Positions 18,827 to 29,837 are shown, counted from the stretch's first letter. The stretch is DNA of 64,000 nt from Candidatus Cloacimonadales bacterium (GCA_963662585.1 OY759729.1:1120001-1184000); one strand, 5' to 3'. Program-made: numbers and translations. The notes: generated by a model from the sequence alone, not told the origin.

Positions 18827-19386
18827 TAATCTAAAATCTCGTGACAGTTACGGCAACGAGCCTCATAAATCTCTTTAGAACCGACCAATATAGTGTCTGT
18901 ATCTTTAACTAATCTTTGTGTTCTAGTAGCTGGATTACCGCATTTTACGCAAATTGCTGAATTTTTAGTTATATATTCAGCGACTGCTAGCAATTTTGGC
19001 ATAGGACCAAAAGGCTGAGCTTTATAATCTTGGTCTAAGCCTGCGACTATAACTCTTTTACCATCATTAGCTAATTTATTACAGATTTCAATAACATCGT
19101 CTGAAAAGAACTGTACTTCGTCTATGGCAACTACTTGAGTATCTTCTTCAACTAGTTCTAAAACTTCATTAATATCTTCGATCTTGGTGGAAGGAGCTTT
19201 CATCATTGAATGAGAAACAATATAATCATCTTCATACCTATTATCAATTTTAGGTTTAAATATCTGAACTTTCTGTTTGGCATATTCAGACCTTCTGATT
19301 CTTCTAATCAGTTCTTCAGTCTTACCGCTAAACATGCTACCAGTTATAACTTCTATCCATCCAGTTTTACTATGAATTACATTCAT
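18826..19386 (-). CDS. tdk: Thymidine kinase (type II)
   Basis: [27 protein letters not shown]...YEARCRNC. Start set at ATG 19386. Confidence 0.97.
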   Translation of the reverse strand: MNVIHSKTGWIEVITGSMFSGKTEELIRRIRRSEYAKQKVQIFKPKIDNRYEDDYIVSHSMMKAPSTKIEDINEVLELVEEDTQVVAIDEVQFFSDDVIEICNKLANDGKRVIVAGLDQDYKAQPFGPMPKLLAVAEYITKNSAICVKCGNPATRTQRLVKDTDTILVGSKEIYEARCRNCHEILD

Positions 19387-19424
19387 AATTGCATCCCCTT
19401 TCTTCAAATTATGGGCTATCTATT

Positions 19425-21908
19425 CTATTTTACTACAATACTAACTAATTTCTTCTTAACAACAATTATTTTCTTGATTTCTTTATCTTCAATGAATCTT
19501 GCTACATTTTCTAATGCCAAAGCCATTTCTTTAATCTCTTCATCTGTAGTTGAGAGTGAAACTTCTAATTTCCCACGAAGCTTTCCATTAACCTGAACTA
19601 CATAAGTAACCTCATCTTTAACAAGATAAAGAGGATTATAAGGGGGTAGACCACTTTCGTGAATCATCCCTTTTTGATCTATCATACTCCAAACTTCTTC
19701 ACTAACATGAGGAGCAAATGGATAGATAAGTCTGAACATAACAGCATTAGCTTCTGCAAAGATAATCTTATCATTAGCAGTCATATTCTCAGTGTCTTTC
19801 ACACTGGCAACATTATTAAGATGTTCCATAATAGCAGCAATAGCAGTATTAAATTGCAATTTTTCTTCTATATCTTCGTGCCATTTCTTAATCATAGTGT
19901 GAGTAGAGAATCTAAGCTCTTTCATTTCTTTAGATATTTCTATATCTGGAGAATATGTTTTATAATTATCTTTAATTAAATCTCTATACTTATCAGCTTG
20001 TCTATAGACTCGGTTGAGGAATCTAAAAGCACCTACAACTCCGTCATCACTCCAATCCACATCTTTTTCAGGTGGTGAAGCAAAAAGCATAAAAACTCTA
20101 ATTGCATCTGAACCGTATCTATCAATATATGGCTGTGGATCAACTCCGTTGCCTTTAGATTTTGACATCTTGGTTCCTAAGTTGCAGACCATACCTTGAG
20201 TAAGAAGTCTTGCAAATGGTTCATCACCTTTTACTAATCCGATATCTCTCATAAATTTATGGAAGAATCTAGCATAAATAAGGTGCATACAAGCATGTTC
20301 GATACCACCAATATATTGGTCAACTGGCAACCACTTCTCAGCTACTTCAGGAGAGAAAGGCATATTGGTATTTTTAGGATCTGTATAACGGGCATAATAC
20401 CATGAACTATCCACAAAAGTATCCATTGTATCGGTCTCTCTACGAGCAGCTCCTCCACATTTAGGGCAAGAAGTATTTACCCATTCTGATACAGAAAGAA
20501 GAGGGTTTTGGGTAGTTTTACCTACCTGAACATTTTCTGGAAGTCTTACTGGTAAATCTTCATCAGGAACCAAGACAACACCGCATTTTTCACAATGAAC
20601 TACAGGAATTGGATTTCCCCAATATCTTTGACGAGAGACACCCCAATCACGCAAGCGATAAGTAGTAGTCATTTTACCCATCTTATTTTCATCGATCCAA
20701 GCAGAGATTTCCTCTTTAGCACTTAGGCTTTCTTTATCATTAAATTTATCTGAATTAACCAATATTCCAGCTTCTACAAAAGCTTCAGTCATTTCTTCAA
20801 GTACAAGACTTTTGTCTTCATTTTGAATAACTATTTTAAGAGGTATATCATACTTCTTAGCAAATTCAAAATCTCTTTGATCATGAGCAGGAACAGCCAT
20901 AACTGCACCAGTTCCATAATCCATAAGTACATAGTTGGTTACCCAGATTTGAACTCTATCACCATTTACAGGATTAAGACAGTACTTACCAGTAAAGAAG
21001 CCCTCTTTAGTTTGTTCAGTAGAACCTCTCTCTTTTTTATCTTCATTAATTACTTTTTCACAAAAGTCATTTAATTCTGTATTATCAGGATTTTCTTTCA
21101 ATAAATTTCTAATATATTCGTGTTCTGGAGGAAGAGCCATAAAAGTAACACCAAAGATAGTATCAGGTCGTGTAGTAAAGACTTTTATAGTCTCTTTAGT
21201 TGTCTCTTCTATAAAGTCAATTTCAGTACCATGACTTCTGCCTATCCAGTTTTTCTGCATAGTAATAACTCTTTCTGGCCAATCTATCATTTTAGAGAAA
21301 TCTAATAGTTCTTCAGCATAATCAGTGATTTTGAAGTACCACTGTTCCATCTCTTTTTGTCTTACCAGTGAGCCGTCACGCCAGCATTTTCCATCTTCAA
21401 CTTGTTCATTTGCTAGTACTGTTTGGCACTCATCGCACCAATTCACAAAGGAAGTCTTTTTATAGACCAATCCTTTTTCATAAAGTCTTTTAAAAAGCCA
21501 TTGTCCCCAACGATAATATTCTGGGGTTGAGGTCGCGACAGTTCTTTCCCAATCAAAGCCAAATCCCATAGCAGTCAATTGACCTTGCATAATAGCCATA
21601 TTGCTTTCTGTGGCTAAGCGTGGGTGAGTATTATGTTGTATAGCAAAATTCTCTGCAGGCATACCAAAAGAATCATAACCCATTGGTTGGAGGACATTAT
21701 AACCCTGCATCATTTTATAGCGTGATATTGCATCACCAATTGAATAATTAGAGACATGACCCATGTGTAACACTCCCGAAGGATAAGGGAACATAGATAA
21801 GACAAAATAATTCTCTTTGCCTTCTACTTGGTTCTCTGCGTTAAACACTCTTTCTTTTTTCCATACATCTTGCCATTTCTTCTCAAATACTTCAAATGGG
21901 TATTCCAT
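19425..21908 (-). CDS. leuS: Leucine--tRNA ligase
   Basis: MFPYPSG.LHMGH, FTTRPDT, GTGAVMAVPAHDQRD, SRQRYWG, KMSKS. Confidence 0.99.
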   Translation of the reverse strand: MEYPFEVFEKKWQDVWKKERVFNAENQVEGKENYFVLSMFPYPSGVLHMGHVSNYSIGDAISRYKMMQGYNVLQPMGYDSFGMPAENFAIQHNTHPRLATESNMAIMQGQLTAMGFGFDWERTVATSTPEYYRWGQWLFKRLYEKGLVYKKTSFVNWCDECQTVLANEQVEDGKCWRDGSLVRQKEMEQWYFKITDYAEELLDFSKMIDWPERVITMQKNWIGRSHGTEIDFIEETTKETIKVFTTRPDTIFGVTFMALPPEHEYIRNLLKENPDNTELNDFCEKVINEDKKERGSTEQTKEGFFTGKYCLNPVNGDRVQIWVTNYVLMDYGTGAVMAVPAHDQRDFEFAKKYDIPLKIVIQNEDKSLVLEEMTEAFVEAGILVNSDKFNDKESLSAKEEISAWIDENKMGKMTTTYRLRDWGVSRQRYWGNPIPVVHCEKCGVVLVPDEDLPVRLPENVQVGKTTQNPLLSVSEWVNTSCPKCGGAARRETDTMDTFVDSSWYYARYTDPKNTNMPFSPEVAEKWLPVDQYIGGIEHACMHLIYARFFHKFMRDIGLVKGDEPFARLLTQGMVCNLGTKMSKSKGNGVDPQPYIDRYGSDAIRVFMLFASPPEKDVDWSDDGVVGAFRFLNRVYRQADKYRDLIKDNYKTYSPDIEISKEMKELRFSTHTMIKKWHEDIEEKLQFNTAIAAIMEHLNNVASVKDTENMTANDKIIFAEANAVMFRLIYPFAPHVSEEVWSMIDQKGMIHESGLPPYNPLYLVKDEVTYVVQVNGKLRGKLEVSLSTTDEEIKEMALALENVARFIEDKEIKKIIVVKKKLVSIVVK

Positions 21909-22139
21909 ATCATCCTCTCGTTAAAATTATTTTCAATTTACTATAATTTCTAACAAGCTGATATCAGTCAATCTTATTTTTATTTTTATCCTGAGAAAGT
22001 TTTCTTTGGAGCTAATTATTAGCTAAAAAAATAGCTTCTATTTAAAAATAATCTAGATATATTATTAAAATTTGTAACTCTTCTATCATACGAACTTGAA
22101 CAAAACCGCATTATTTAGCCTAAATTTACTCCTAAAGAT

Positions 22140-22167
22140 AAAGCCCCGTCATAATAACAGGGCTTTT
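22140..22167 (-). terminator. Probable intrinsic terminator
   Basis: AAAGCCCCGT...ACAGGGCTTT hairpin downstream of the 1402-aa gene. Confidence 0.55.
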
Positions 22168-22201
22168 TAAACATTTGTCCTTATGCCACTCAGGCTAAAA
22201 G

Positions 22202-25200
22202 TTATTTTAGCATAATAGCTTTTTTAGTACTTATAAACTCATCAGTCACCATTCTGTAGAGATAAATTCCTGATGATACAACTTGGTTATTATCATCTAA
22301 ACCATTCCAAACTACATTATGAATTCCTTGTGAATATTTGTCAGAAACTAAAGTTCTAACCTTCTGTCCTTTAACATTATAAATAATGATAGAGACATCA
22401 CTACTTTTATTCAATGAGAAATTGATATTAGTAGTTGGGTTGAATGGATTTGGGTTATTTTGAGAAAGAGAATTCACAAAAAGAACTTGCACATCATTGG
22501 CAACAGCGACATTCACATTCCAACTAACAACAACTGATACATCTGAGTCTGTAGTAATTGCATAGCATTTAACTGAATATTCACCAACATTAGGAAATAC
22601 ATAATTAAGTGTATCAGTAACTTGGTTTTCTAGCTCTTCATTATTTATTTTCCATTTATAAGATAAAGCAGAATCAATATCAATAACTGAAATACTAAAG
22701 GTGATGTGATTTGTATTAGAATCAAAATTAGTATTTTCAGGGATTTTTGCTACTAAATAAGGTCTATCATCTACAGGAGTAACCGTTAGTAAGAAAGATA
22801 CTTCGGCAGAATAATCATTAATTCCATCGTTAGCAGAGATAGTGACAGTTTCAAATCCATTCCAATCCTGAACGGAAGTGATAGTTAAATAACCTGCTTC
22901 ATCAACCTCAAAGAATAAGTTCTCGGTATCAGAGAAAGTAAACTCTATATCATCGTTATTGGGGTCTCTAAAGATATTAAATAAGTTGATAGTGTTATCA
23001 GAACTATCTTCTTCAAAAATAATATCATTAGGTTGTGTTATTACAAGTGGTGGTAATTGCCCAATTTTTGTTGTAATGAATAAAGCTAGCTCATTTTCTA
23101 AAGGTCTTGCTGCTTGAGGATATTGATTATTATAGGTATATTCTAAACCGACCCTAGCAGTATGATCCTCAATACCAACAGTAGTATATTGTCCATGTTG
23201 ATAGTCTACACCGAAGTCAACATTATTGACTACCTTATACTGAATTTTAATTGGACCATCTCCAGTGGAAGAGTTGTGGAATTCAGGGTCATAGAGAATA
23301 ACTTGAAAGGTTTCTTCTGCTGAATCATAATGAAAAATCCTCCAATCATCCCAAGTGATAACAAAGCAGTTTTCTGTCTCATCATAAGAAATAAAGACTT
23401 GGCTAGAAGCAATCGCATAGAGATTATCCCAGAAAGGAGTTATCATAGGTGAGGGACCTAGAGGACCTGGTAATCTCCAATTTCTAAAGGTTGTTTGTTC
23501 AGTTTGCCCCATAGCAACCCAGCCATTACTACAAAGGGAGATTTGGTCATAATCTCTACCATAGAATTTAAAGGTAAAAGGTAAAGCAAGAGTCACCACT
23601 TGTTGAGAGTCATTGCCATTGTCTTGAAGAAGTGATGCTATAGCTTGGCCATCGCCTCCAAGCTCTGGATCTAGCTCTATCCAATCATATACAGGACAAT
23701 CCTCATATTCAGTATCATAAGAATCAAAGATATAATATCCGTAGGCATCAGGCCCCAAAGGATCTGTAATAGATGCCTGACCAATCTGAAGATTAAAGTA
23801 GCATTCTGTTTCAAAACCTGAATCATTTATATTCACTAGCATTGGCACTAATTCACCAGGTATAAAGTCACTAGAAGCAATAACACTAAAAGTCATCGTT
23901 GTATTTGCTCCACTGGGCATGTTGCCAATGTGCACAAGAGGAGAGTTTACTGTAAGTCTACTATCCAAAGAAGTTAGAGTTGCATTAGCCGATATTAAAT
24001 CTGCAGAACCCAAATTAACAAGCTGGACATTTAACTGAGATACTTCTCTTTGATAGAAATCTGTATTGCTTAAAGTATAGTCTAATACTTCAATGATAGG
24101 GCTTTGAGTAGGGATTAAAATTTGTCTTTCCCAACTATAAGAATCATTTGATAAAATAATCTTCAGAGCTATATCATTTTCAAAAGCTCTATTAGCAACT
24201 AAAAACTCAAAGCAGTCACTATTTTCTGTACTTTGGGATGACATGATATCACCATAGACCACTTGATTTGTCGTAACAGCAAGGCCATTTGTGTTAGCTA
24301 TAATTCTTCCACTAATATCCGTAACATCAGCACTTCCAGCATTAGTTACTTCAATTTTAAGAGAATATGTCATTCCTGGAGAAGCATATTCTACCTCACT
24401 AGCTCCATGAAATAGAGTGATCGCGGTAGCATTCAAGCTTGGTCCTTCTAAACCAAAGTTAATATCAAATTGTTGAGGCTGATATCCTTCCTTAGATAGG
24501 GTCAAAAGCCCTTGTCCTTGTACATTTTCTGGAATATCAAAGAATACTTCACCATGGAAGTCAGTATAAGCAGTAAAATAATCATCAGCAATTTTAAGAG
24601 TAGCCCAGACATCATCTAAGGCTAAGTTATTTTCATGAGTTTTTACCTTGTATTGGTTACTTCCTAATGCAACATTCTCAAGACAATCTGTTTGAAAGAA
24701 TTTTGGACTTGCTTTATAGACTCTTAAAGCTGAATCTCCCATCAGATTACATACAGTAGAATGTAATAGATACATATTAAAATTAGATGACCCATAAGCT
24801 TGCCAGAGATAGTGTTTACCTCTGTTAACAGCAGCTCCCATTGTCCAACCACCTTCAGAAAAGAGATAGCCCATTATTCCACCATCTAGACAATTTGTAA
24901 AAGTAGTATGAGTAACTCCACTGGCTAAACCAACAGCACAAACAGCACCAGTCGGCTCGGTTACTGAGCCTGCCTTAACAATTTCTTCTGTTCTTGAGGA
25001 ACCATCATAGAAACTACCTGTATTTGCAGTAAGAATTAAAGCAATTGTTAATTTATCAATATTGCTTAGACTAGAGATTTGAGAGTTATTCCAACCATCC
25101 ATACCTTCTAAACCACGATAATTCCAAAATCCAACACCTAAATTTAGTGCATCAGTAATTAGAGAAGGGGTTATCCAATAACCATAATGTTCGATAAAAG

Positions 25201-26410
25201 AAGAATCTTCATTATAATCATTCATTATTTCTTTGATATATAAATTAGTTATCACTGTTGATTCTCCTGATCGTTCTGTTTTTCCTACCAACAAAGCTTT
25301 AGTATAATAAGATGGGTCAAGAGTAACAGTAGCTTTTTCATATTGTATAGTTTTGGAAACAATGACATCAAGTTCATTACTTGTATTAATAGAAATTCTA
25401 CCTATAAAGATATCTTCTAACTCATCGTTCCCATCAAGCAAAGCGTAATAATGGTCTCCTCCTGCAATATCCTCAGGATGTTCAGAATCAAAGTTGTAAG
25501 GCAAGAAGCTAGTAGGAATGATAAACATCCCAGAAGTATCTCCAATAAAGGTAACATAAGCTGGGGGATTTTCCCAGTTAAGATAGGCATTATGAATATA
25601 GCTTTTAATGTCTTGATCATCGTATCCAGTCACATTCGTACTAGCACTATAGACCGTCCACCCTTGTTCTCTTCTCCAATTAAATAAGTCTTCCAAAGCT
25701 GAAGAACTTTCTAGACCTGAAGCATAGATATAGAGAATAGTTGGATTTTGATAATCATCTCTGCTCTTTACTTCTTTATAATTTAAAACTGTAGAGGCGA
25801 AGAAGTTTTCAAAAGATCTATCAGTTTTCATAAATGATCTAGTAATTTCATTTACTGATGGTTGGTCTTCAATAGTAATTAGAATTTCAGCTTTTGTGAT
25901 AACTTCTAAGGTATTACTAGCATCATTGTATCTAAAAGGATTAACGACAAAGCTAACCAATCTCTTATTTCTTAAGATAGCTGGCTCTCCGATTTGAACC
26001 CTGTTAATTGGATAATATATATCTTTAGTGTAAACAGAGTTGTCAAAAGTTATTGCTTTTAGTTCACTTCCCCTAAATGGTTTAATCTTAATATCTTTGA
26101 TAAGTTCAGATTCGACTACCCTAAGTTCAATAGTAGGTTTTCCTGTGTTAGGAATTTCAATTGTTGATGAATAAAAAGGAAGTTCTGGAGCTCCAACTTC
26201 AATAGTAACAGTAGGAACTTGGCTACTAACATAATCATATTCTGTATTTCCAATCATCTCTTGCTTAATTTGATAATCAGGGTTGTTAAAGAGAATGTTC
26301 AAGTTGGAACGGCTTTCATTCTCAACACGAAATTGTCCAAAAGCCAAGGCAGGTATCAATATCAATATCAAGCCTAGCAATAAACCAAAACAGTTATTTT
26401 TCTGACTCAT
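22202..26410 (-). CDS. Gingipain-like (peptidase C25 fold) secreted protein with propeptide, Ig-like domains and T9SS-type CTD; apparently catalytically inactive
   Basis: Propeptide GAPELP; C25 hallmarks YVTFIGD, DHYY..LDG.D..EDIFIGRIS and NLMGD; GPDAYGY domain; CTD NNPNPFNP...KKAIMLK. The His/Cys dyad positions read NYRGLEG and LTANTGSF. Confidence 0.85.
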   Translation of the reverse strand: MSQKNNCFGLLLGLILILIPALAFGQFRVENESRSNLNILFNNPDYQIKQEMIGNTEYDYVSSQVPTVTIEVGAPELPFYSSTIEIPNTGKPTIELRVVESELIKDIKIKPFRGSELKAITFDNSVYTKDIYYPINRVQIGEPAILRNKRLVSFVVNPFRYNDASNTLEVITKAEILITIEDQPSVNEITRSFMKTDRSFENFFASTVLNYKEVKSRDDYQNPTILYIYASGLESSSALEDLFNWRREQGWTVYSASTNVTGYDDQDIKSYIHNAYLNWENPPAYVTFIGDTSGMFIIPTSFLPYNFDSEHPEDIAGGDHYYALLDGNDELEDIFIGRISINTSNELDVIVSKTIQYEKATVTLDPSYYTKALLVGKTERSGESTVITNLYIKEIMNDYNEDSSFIEHYGYWITPSLITDALNLGVGFWNYRGLEGMDGWNNSQISSLSNIDKLTIALILTANTGSFYDGSSRTEEIVKAGSVTEPTGAVCAVGLASGVTHTTFTNCLDGGIMGYLFSEGGWTMGAAVNRGKHYLWQAYGSSNFNMYLLHSTVCNLMGDSALRVYKASPKFFQTDCLENVALGSNQYKVKTHENNLALDDVWATLKIADDYFTAYTDFHGEVFFDIPENVQGQGLLTLSKEGYQPQQFDINFGLEGPSLNATAITLFHGASEVEYASPGMTYSLKIEVTNAGSADVTDISGRIIANTNGLAVTTNQVVYGDIMSSQSTENSDCFEFLVANRAFENDIALKIILSNDSYSWERQILIPTQSPIIEVLDYTLSNTDFYQREVSQLNVQLVNLGSADLISANATLTSLDSRLTVNSPLVHIGNMPSGANTTMTFSVIASSDFIPGELVPMLVNINDSGFETECYFNLQIGQASITDPLGPDAYGYYIFDSYDTEYEDCPVYDWIELDPELGGDGQAIASLLQDNGNDSQQVVTLALPFTFKFYGRDYDQISLCSNGWVAMGQTEQTTFRNWRLPGPLGPSPMITPFWDNLYAIASSQVFISYDETENCFVITWDDWRIFHYDSAEETFQVILYDPEFHNSSTGDGPIKIQYKVVNNVDFGVDYQHGQYTTVGIEDHTARVGLEYTYNNQYPQAARPLENELALFITTKIGQLPPLVITQPNDIIFEEDSSDNTINLFNIFRDPNNDDIEFTFSDTENLFFEVDEAGYLTITSVQDWNGFETVTISANDGINDYSAEVSFLLTVTPVDDRPYLVAKIPENTNFDSNTNHITFSISVIDIDSALSYKWKINNEELENQVTDTLNYVFPNVGEYSVKCYAITTDSDVSVVVSWNVNVAVANDVQVLFVNSLSQNNPNPFNPTTNINFSLNKSSDVSIIIYNVKGQKVRTLVSDKYSQGIHNVVWNGLDDNNQVVSSGIYLYRMVTDEFISTKKAIMLK

Positions 26411-26796
26411 ACATTACCTCTCTTAGTGGTGTTGGTAAATATTTTCAGTTCAAATATCAGTTCAAGACACTCTTTGTTGTCAGCTAAACTGGGCATCCAC
26501 GATAATTGTATTTTATGTAATTTCTATTCCACAAAATGCATTTTTTACTATGATTACTATTTTTTGAATGCTGGCTATTATTTACACACTTGCAATGATA
26601 ATTTAGAAGGATCGAAGAAGACTCAGCAAATTTACAGTTTATATCTTTCTATTAGTCAATTTAGGGTGAAAGATGTATCTGCTATTTAAAATAAAGAACA
26701 AGATAACATCTAATTTTAATAAGGTATTTCGTAGGTAAGGGTGCATGCAATCCGGCAGAATAGTTCTTAATCGTCTTTTAGAATGTGAAAAATATT

Positions 26797-27771
26797 TCCC
26801 TACATTAGTGAGATTTCTGAAATTAGTGGATAGATTTTTTTAACTTTTTTTAGTGTATGTCGCCCCTGCAGGGCTATCTTTTTGTAGTTACTTTAGGAGT
26901 GTCTTGCGAACACTCCCTATTATATGGCATCCCGCTGGGATTATCATTGTTTTACAATGAGGCGGACAAAATGTCCACCGTCCGACAGAAGAGGTCTTAT
27001 CACATTCTCTAAACTTGTCTAAAACTCTGTGAAAACTTCTTAAAACTCATCTTTACTCTGTGTTAAGGGACTTTTCAAAAAGCGTATGGCAATACGCCCC
27101 TACATTAGTGAGATTCGTGAAATTAGTGGATAGATTTTTTTAACTTTTTTTAGTGTATGTCGCCCCTGCAGGGCTATCTTTTTGTAGTTACTTTAGGAGT
27201 GTCTTGCGAACACTCCCTATTATATGGCATCCCGCTGGGATTTAAGAACTGGGGTTAGGGACCTTTAGTCCGAGAATCCATCAGGCTGTATTTCAGCCTG
27301 CTTTGATTTAATCCCCTTGGGATTGAAGATATATCATTTGCTACGCAATGATGCGGGCAAAATGTCCACAGTCCGACAGAAGAGGTCTTATCACATTCTC
27401 TAAACTTGTCTAAAACTCTGTGAAAACTTCTTAAAACTCATCTTTACTCTGTGTTAAGGGACTTTTCAAAAAGCGTATGGCAATACGCCCCTACATTAGT
27501 GAGATTCGTGAAATTAGTGGATAGATTTTTTTAACTTTTTTTAGTGTATGTCGCCCCTGCAGGGCTATCTTTTTGTAGTTACTTTAGGAGTGTCTTGCGA
27601 ACACTCCCTATTATATGGCATCCCGCTGGGATTTAAGAACTGGGGTTAGGGACCTTTAGTCCGTGAATCCATCAGGCTGTATTTCTGCCTGCTTTGATTT
27701 AATCCCCTTGGGATTGAAGATATATCATTGCCACGCAATGATGCGGGCTGGAAGCCCACATTCCCAGTTAA
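26797..27771 (-). repeat. Mosaic repeat: three copies of a ~145-bp block separated by shuffled modules
   Basis: Block TACATTAGTGAG...GTCGCCCCTGCAGGGCT...GGAGTGTCTTGCGAACACTCC...ATCCCGCTGGGATT at 26801, 27101 and 27492 (periods of 300 and 391 bp). Several modules are reverse complements of those at 5017-5500. Confidence 0.95.
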
Positions 27772-27777
27772 GATGCC

Positions 27778-27850
27778 TTCTCAATTCTCAATTCTCAATT
27801 CTCAATTCTCAATTCTCAATTCTCAATTCTCAATTCTCAATTCTCAATTC
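27778..27850 (-). repeat. Heptamer tandem repeat (GAGAATT)n, about 10 units
   Basis: (AATTCTC)n on the plus strand; it supplies the last codon and the TGA stop of the B3/4 gene. Confidence 0.97.
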
Positions 27851-28452
27851 CCTACCCTTTCTTCCATCAAATTCATCTGCTTATTTAGAAGCTCAGGATC
27901 ATAATCTTCTGGAGCAAAAATAATCATTAAGACACTCCTAGTATTCTCTGTCACAGCAGTTCTAACTGAGTCTGTCAAGGGTGAGCCAAAAGCTCCAGTT
28001 TCATCACAGATAACAAACTTATCCTGGAAATTCATTTCTCTTCCATTATGAGCTAAGTATTCATCATCTTGACTTCCTATTTTAACACTAACTTTTCCTT
28101 GAATTTTATCATAATCATAGACACAAATTGGGAGCAAAAATTCTAAAGAGCACCAATTCCCGATATCCACGATATTATTAATTTGATAAAGGTCTTTGCC
28201 ATTAACTGCTCTTCTTAAAAGAGCTTCTGAGGAAGGTCTTCGTCTTGTAGGGTCAATCCCAATTGCGCGAAAGAAAGAGCGAGCTAATTGAATGTTTGTT
28301 ATTTCACCTATGGGAGTATTCTTATATTTTTCTTGATACTCCCGAGCTAATTTCATCATTGAGTGATAAGCAAAAGAGTTATTACTGACTTTTACATCAG
28401 TAACAACTCTAGCTATAATTTTTATAGGTAAATTATTTGTTAAAATTTGCAT
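27844..28452 (-). CDS. Stand-alone B3/B4 (PheRS beta editing-like) domain protein
   Basis: RSFFRAIGIDPTRRRPSSEALLRR, INNIVDIGN..SL, YDYDKI.G, GSP..DS.RT. Confidence 0.85.
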   Translation of the reverse strand: MQILTNNLPIKIIARVVTDVKVSNNSFAYHSMMKLAREYQEKYKNTPIGEITNIQLARSFFRAIGIDPTRRRPSSEALLRRAVNGKDLYQINNIVDIGNWCSLEFLLPICVYDYDKIQGKVSVKIGSQDDEYLAHNGREMNFQDKFVICDETGAFGSPLTDSVRTAVTENTRSVLMIIFAPEDYDPELLNKQMNLMEERVGN

Positions 28453-28454
28453 AT

Positions 28455-29585
28455 TTAACTAAGATATTGGAATAAGATAAAGCCATAATGAGCTACAACT
28501 CCAGCTAAGAGTCCACCTATTGTGTGTGATAAGAGAGCTTTAGAAGTTAACCTACGATAACCTAAAGTATCTAACATAGCAGTGTGAGTACTAAGATAAC
28601 CACTCCAGCACATTCCCATGGCAGTGAATACAGCAATTTCATTTCCTTGAGCGATACCAGTTTCAATAAATTTTGGAACTAGAGAAAGTGCTCCACCTAC
28701 AGAACCGAGGGCTGTGATAGGGAAAGCAATAGCTTCAGCTTGGTGAAAACCAAAAAGGAATTGGAAAAACCAGCCAACTTTATTAGCTAAATATGGTATG
28801 ACAGGAACACCTTCATAAGCAGCACCAGAGTATATACCAGATGGGTCTTTAGCACTCAAAGTGAGAATCATCACTGCTGTAGAAATGATTAACACACCTG
28901 GAATCACAGCTAAGCCTAAATCAACTCCTGCTTTACCACCATCTAAAGTAGCATTTAAAAATCTCATAGAGAAATTACCTTTTGATTTAAAAGAAACATT
29001 CTCTTCTAAATCTGCTGGAACATCACGAGGGATATTATGAAATTCATTTTTAATCATCATCTGCATCAAACGGGTTGAAATTATAGAACCAATAATCGCT
29101 CCTACAAAACCAATCATAGCAGCAGCAAAAAAGCCTTTTCCAATCATGAAACTAATCACGATTAACCCCATTCCGAAGGATGTTCCAAAGTTAGTTAAGG
29201 AGATTAACTCATGCTTCTTAAAATAGGCATTGAAGTTTTTATCCTTTGCTAAAGAAATTATTGCTGGGTTATCAGAAAAGAAGGTCATAAGAGCACCTAA
29301 AGAAGCAACTCCTGGTAGATTAAAGATTGGACGCATCAAGGGAGCCAATACCCCTTCTAACAATCTAACTACACCAAATTCAATCATCAACTGTCCTAAA
29401 GCAGACGATAATACAGTAATCGCCATAATATAAAATACTGTGTTAAGTAGAAGATCATGAGCTGTATTCATAATAGACCCAAGTAGGTTATTCGCCCCCA
29501 TCTTGGCTCCAAGAAAGGTGAATATACTTAGAAATATTACTAAGAAAATGACACCTTCTACTTTTCTCTGGTTAAGATATTTCAC
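28455..29585 (-). CDS. Multi-pass membrane protein, nucleoside-recognition (Gate) type / CD0519-like transporter
   Basis: GTG start after GGAGG; many hydrophobic helices; LAPLMRPIFNLPG, SDNPAI, GMCWSGYLSTH. Confidence 0.7.
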   Translation of the reverse strand: MKYLNQRKVEGVIFLVIFLSIFTFLGAKMGANNLLGSIMNTAHDLLLNTVFYIMAITVLSSALGQLMIEFGVVRLLEGVLAPLMRPIFNLPGVASLGALMTFFSDNPAIISLAKDKNFNAYFKKHELISLTNFGTSFGMGLIVISFMIGKGFFAAAMIGFVGAIIGSIISTRLMQMMIKNEFHNIPRDVPADLEENVSFKSKGNFSMRFLNATLDGGKAGVDLGLAVIPGVLIISTAVMILTLSAKDPSGIYSGAAYEGVPVIPYLANKVGWFFQFLFGFHQAEAIAFPITALGSVGGALSLVPKFIETGIAQGNEIAVFTAMGMCWSGYLSTHTAMLDTLGYRRLTSKALLSHTIGGLLAGVVAHYGFILFQYLS

Positions 29586-29837
29586 TTAGCCTCCATTAGG
29601 ATATTTTTCTCTCAAAAAATAAATCGCTATTTTTGTGTCAATTAATTTATTCTAATCGCCTCTTTGAAAGACAAAAAGAGTCAATAATAAGGAGCAAATT
29701 ACCAAGTAATAAAGTACTTTAAAAGTCTATAATACTGCCTTATTTCCGACTTTTCTTAGCTTGCTTTATTTCTGGTTGGATTTATCTTAAAGTGGTTAAA
29801 AATGATAAATATCTGTCGAATTGTTTTGCTAAAATAT

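Noticed and set aside
21909..22140. T-box leader for leuS (also argS, 44131-44200)
   Set aside because: No T-box antiterminator consensus (GGTGGTACCGCG-like) on the coding strand; the leaders are short and AT-rich.
26797..27771. Integron attC cassette array or IS element
   Set aside because: No ORFs between the repeats, no clear RYYYAAC/GTTRRRY boxes, no integrase or transposase, and no terminal inverted repeats with target duplications identified.
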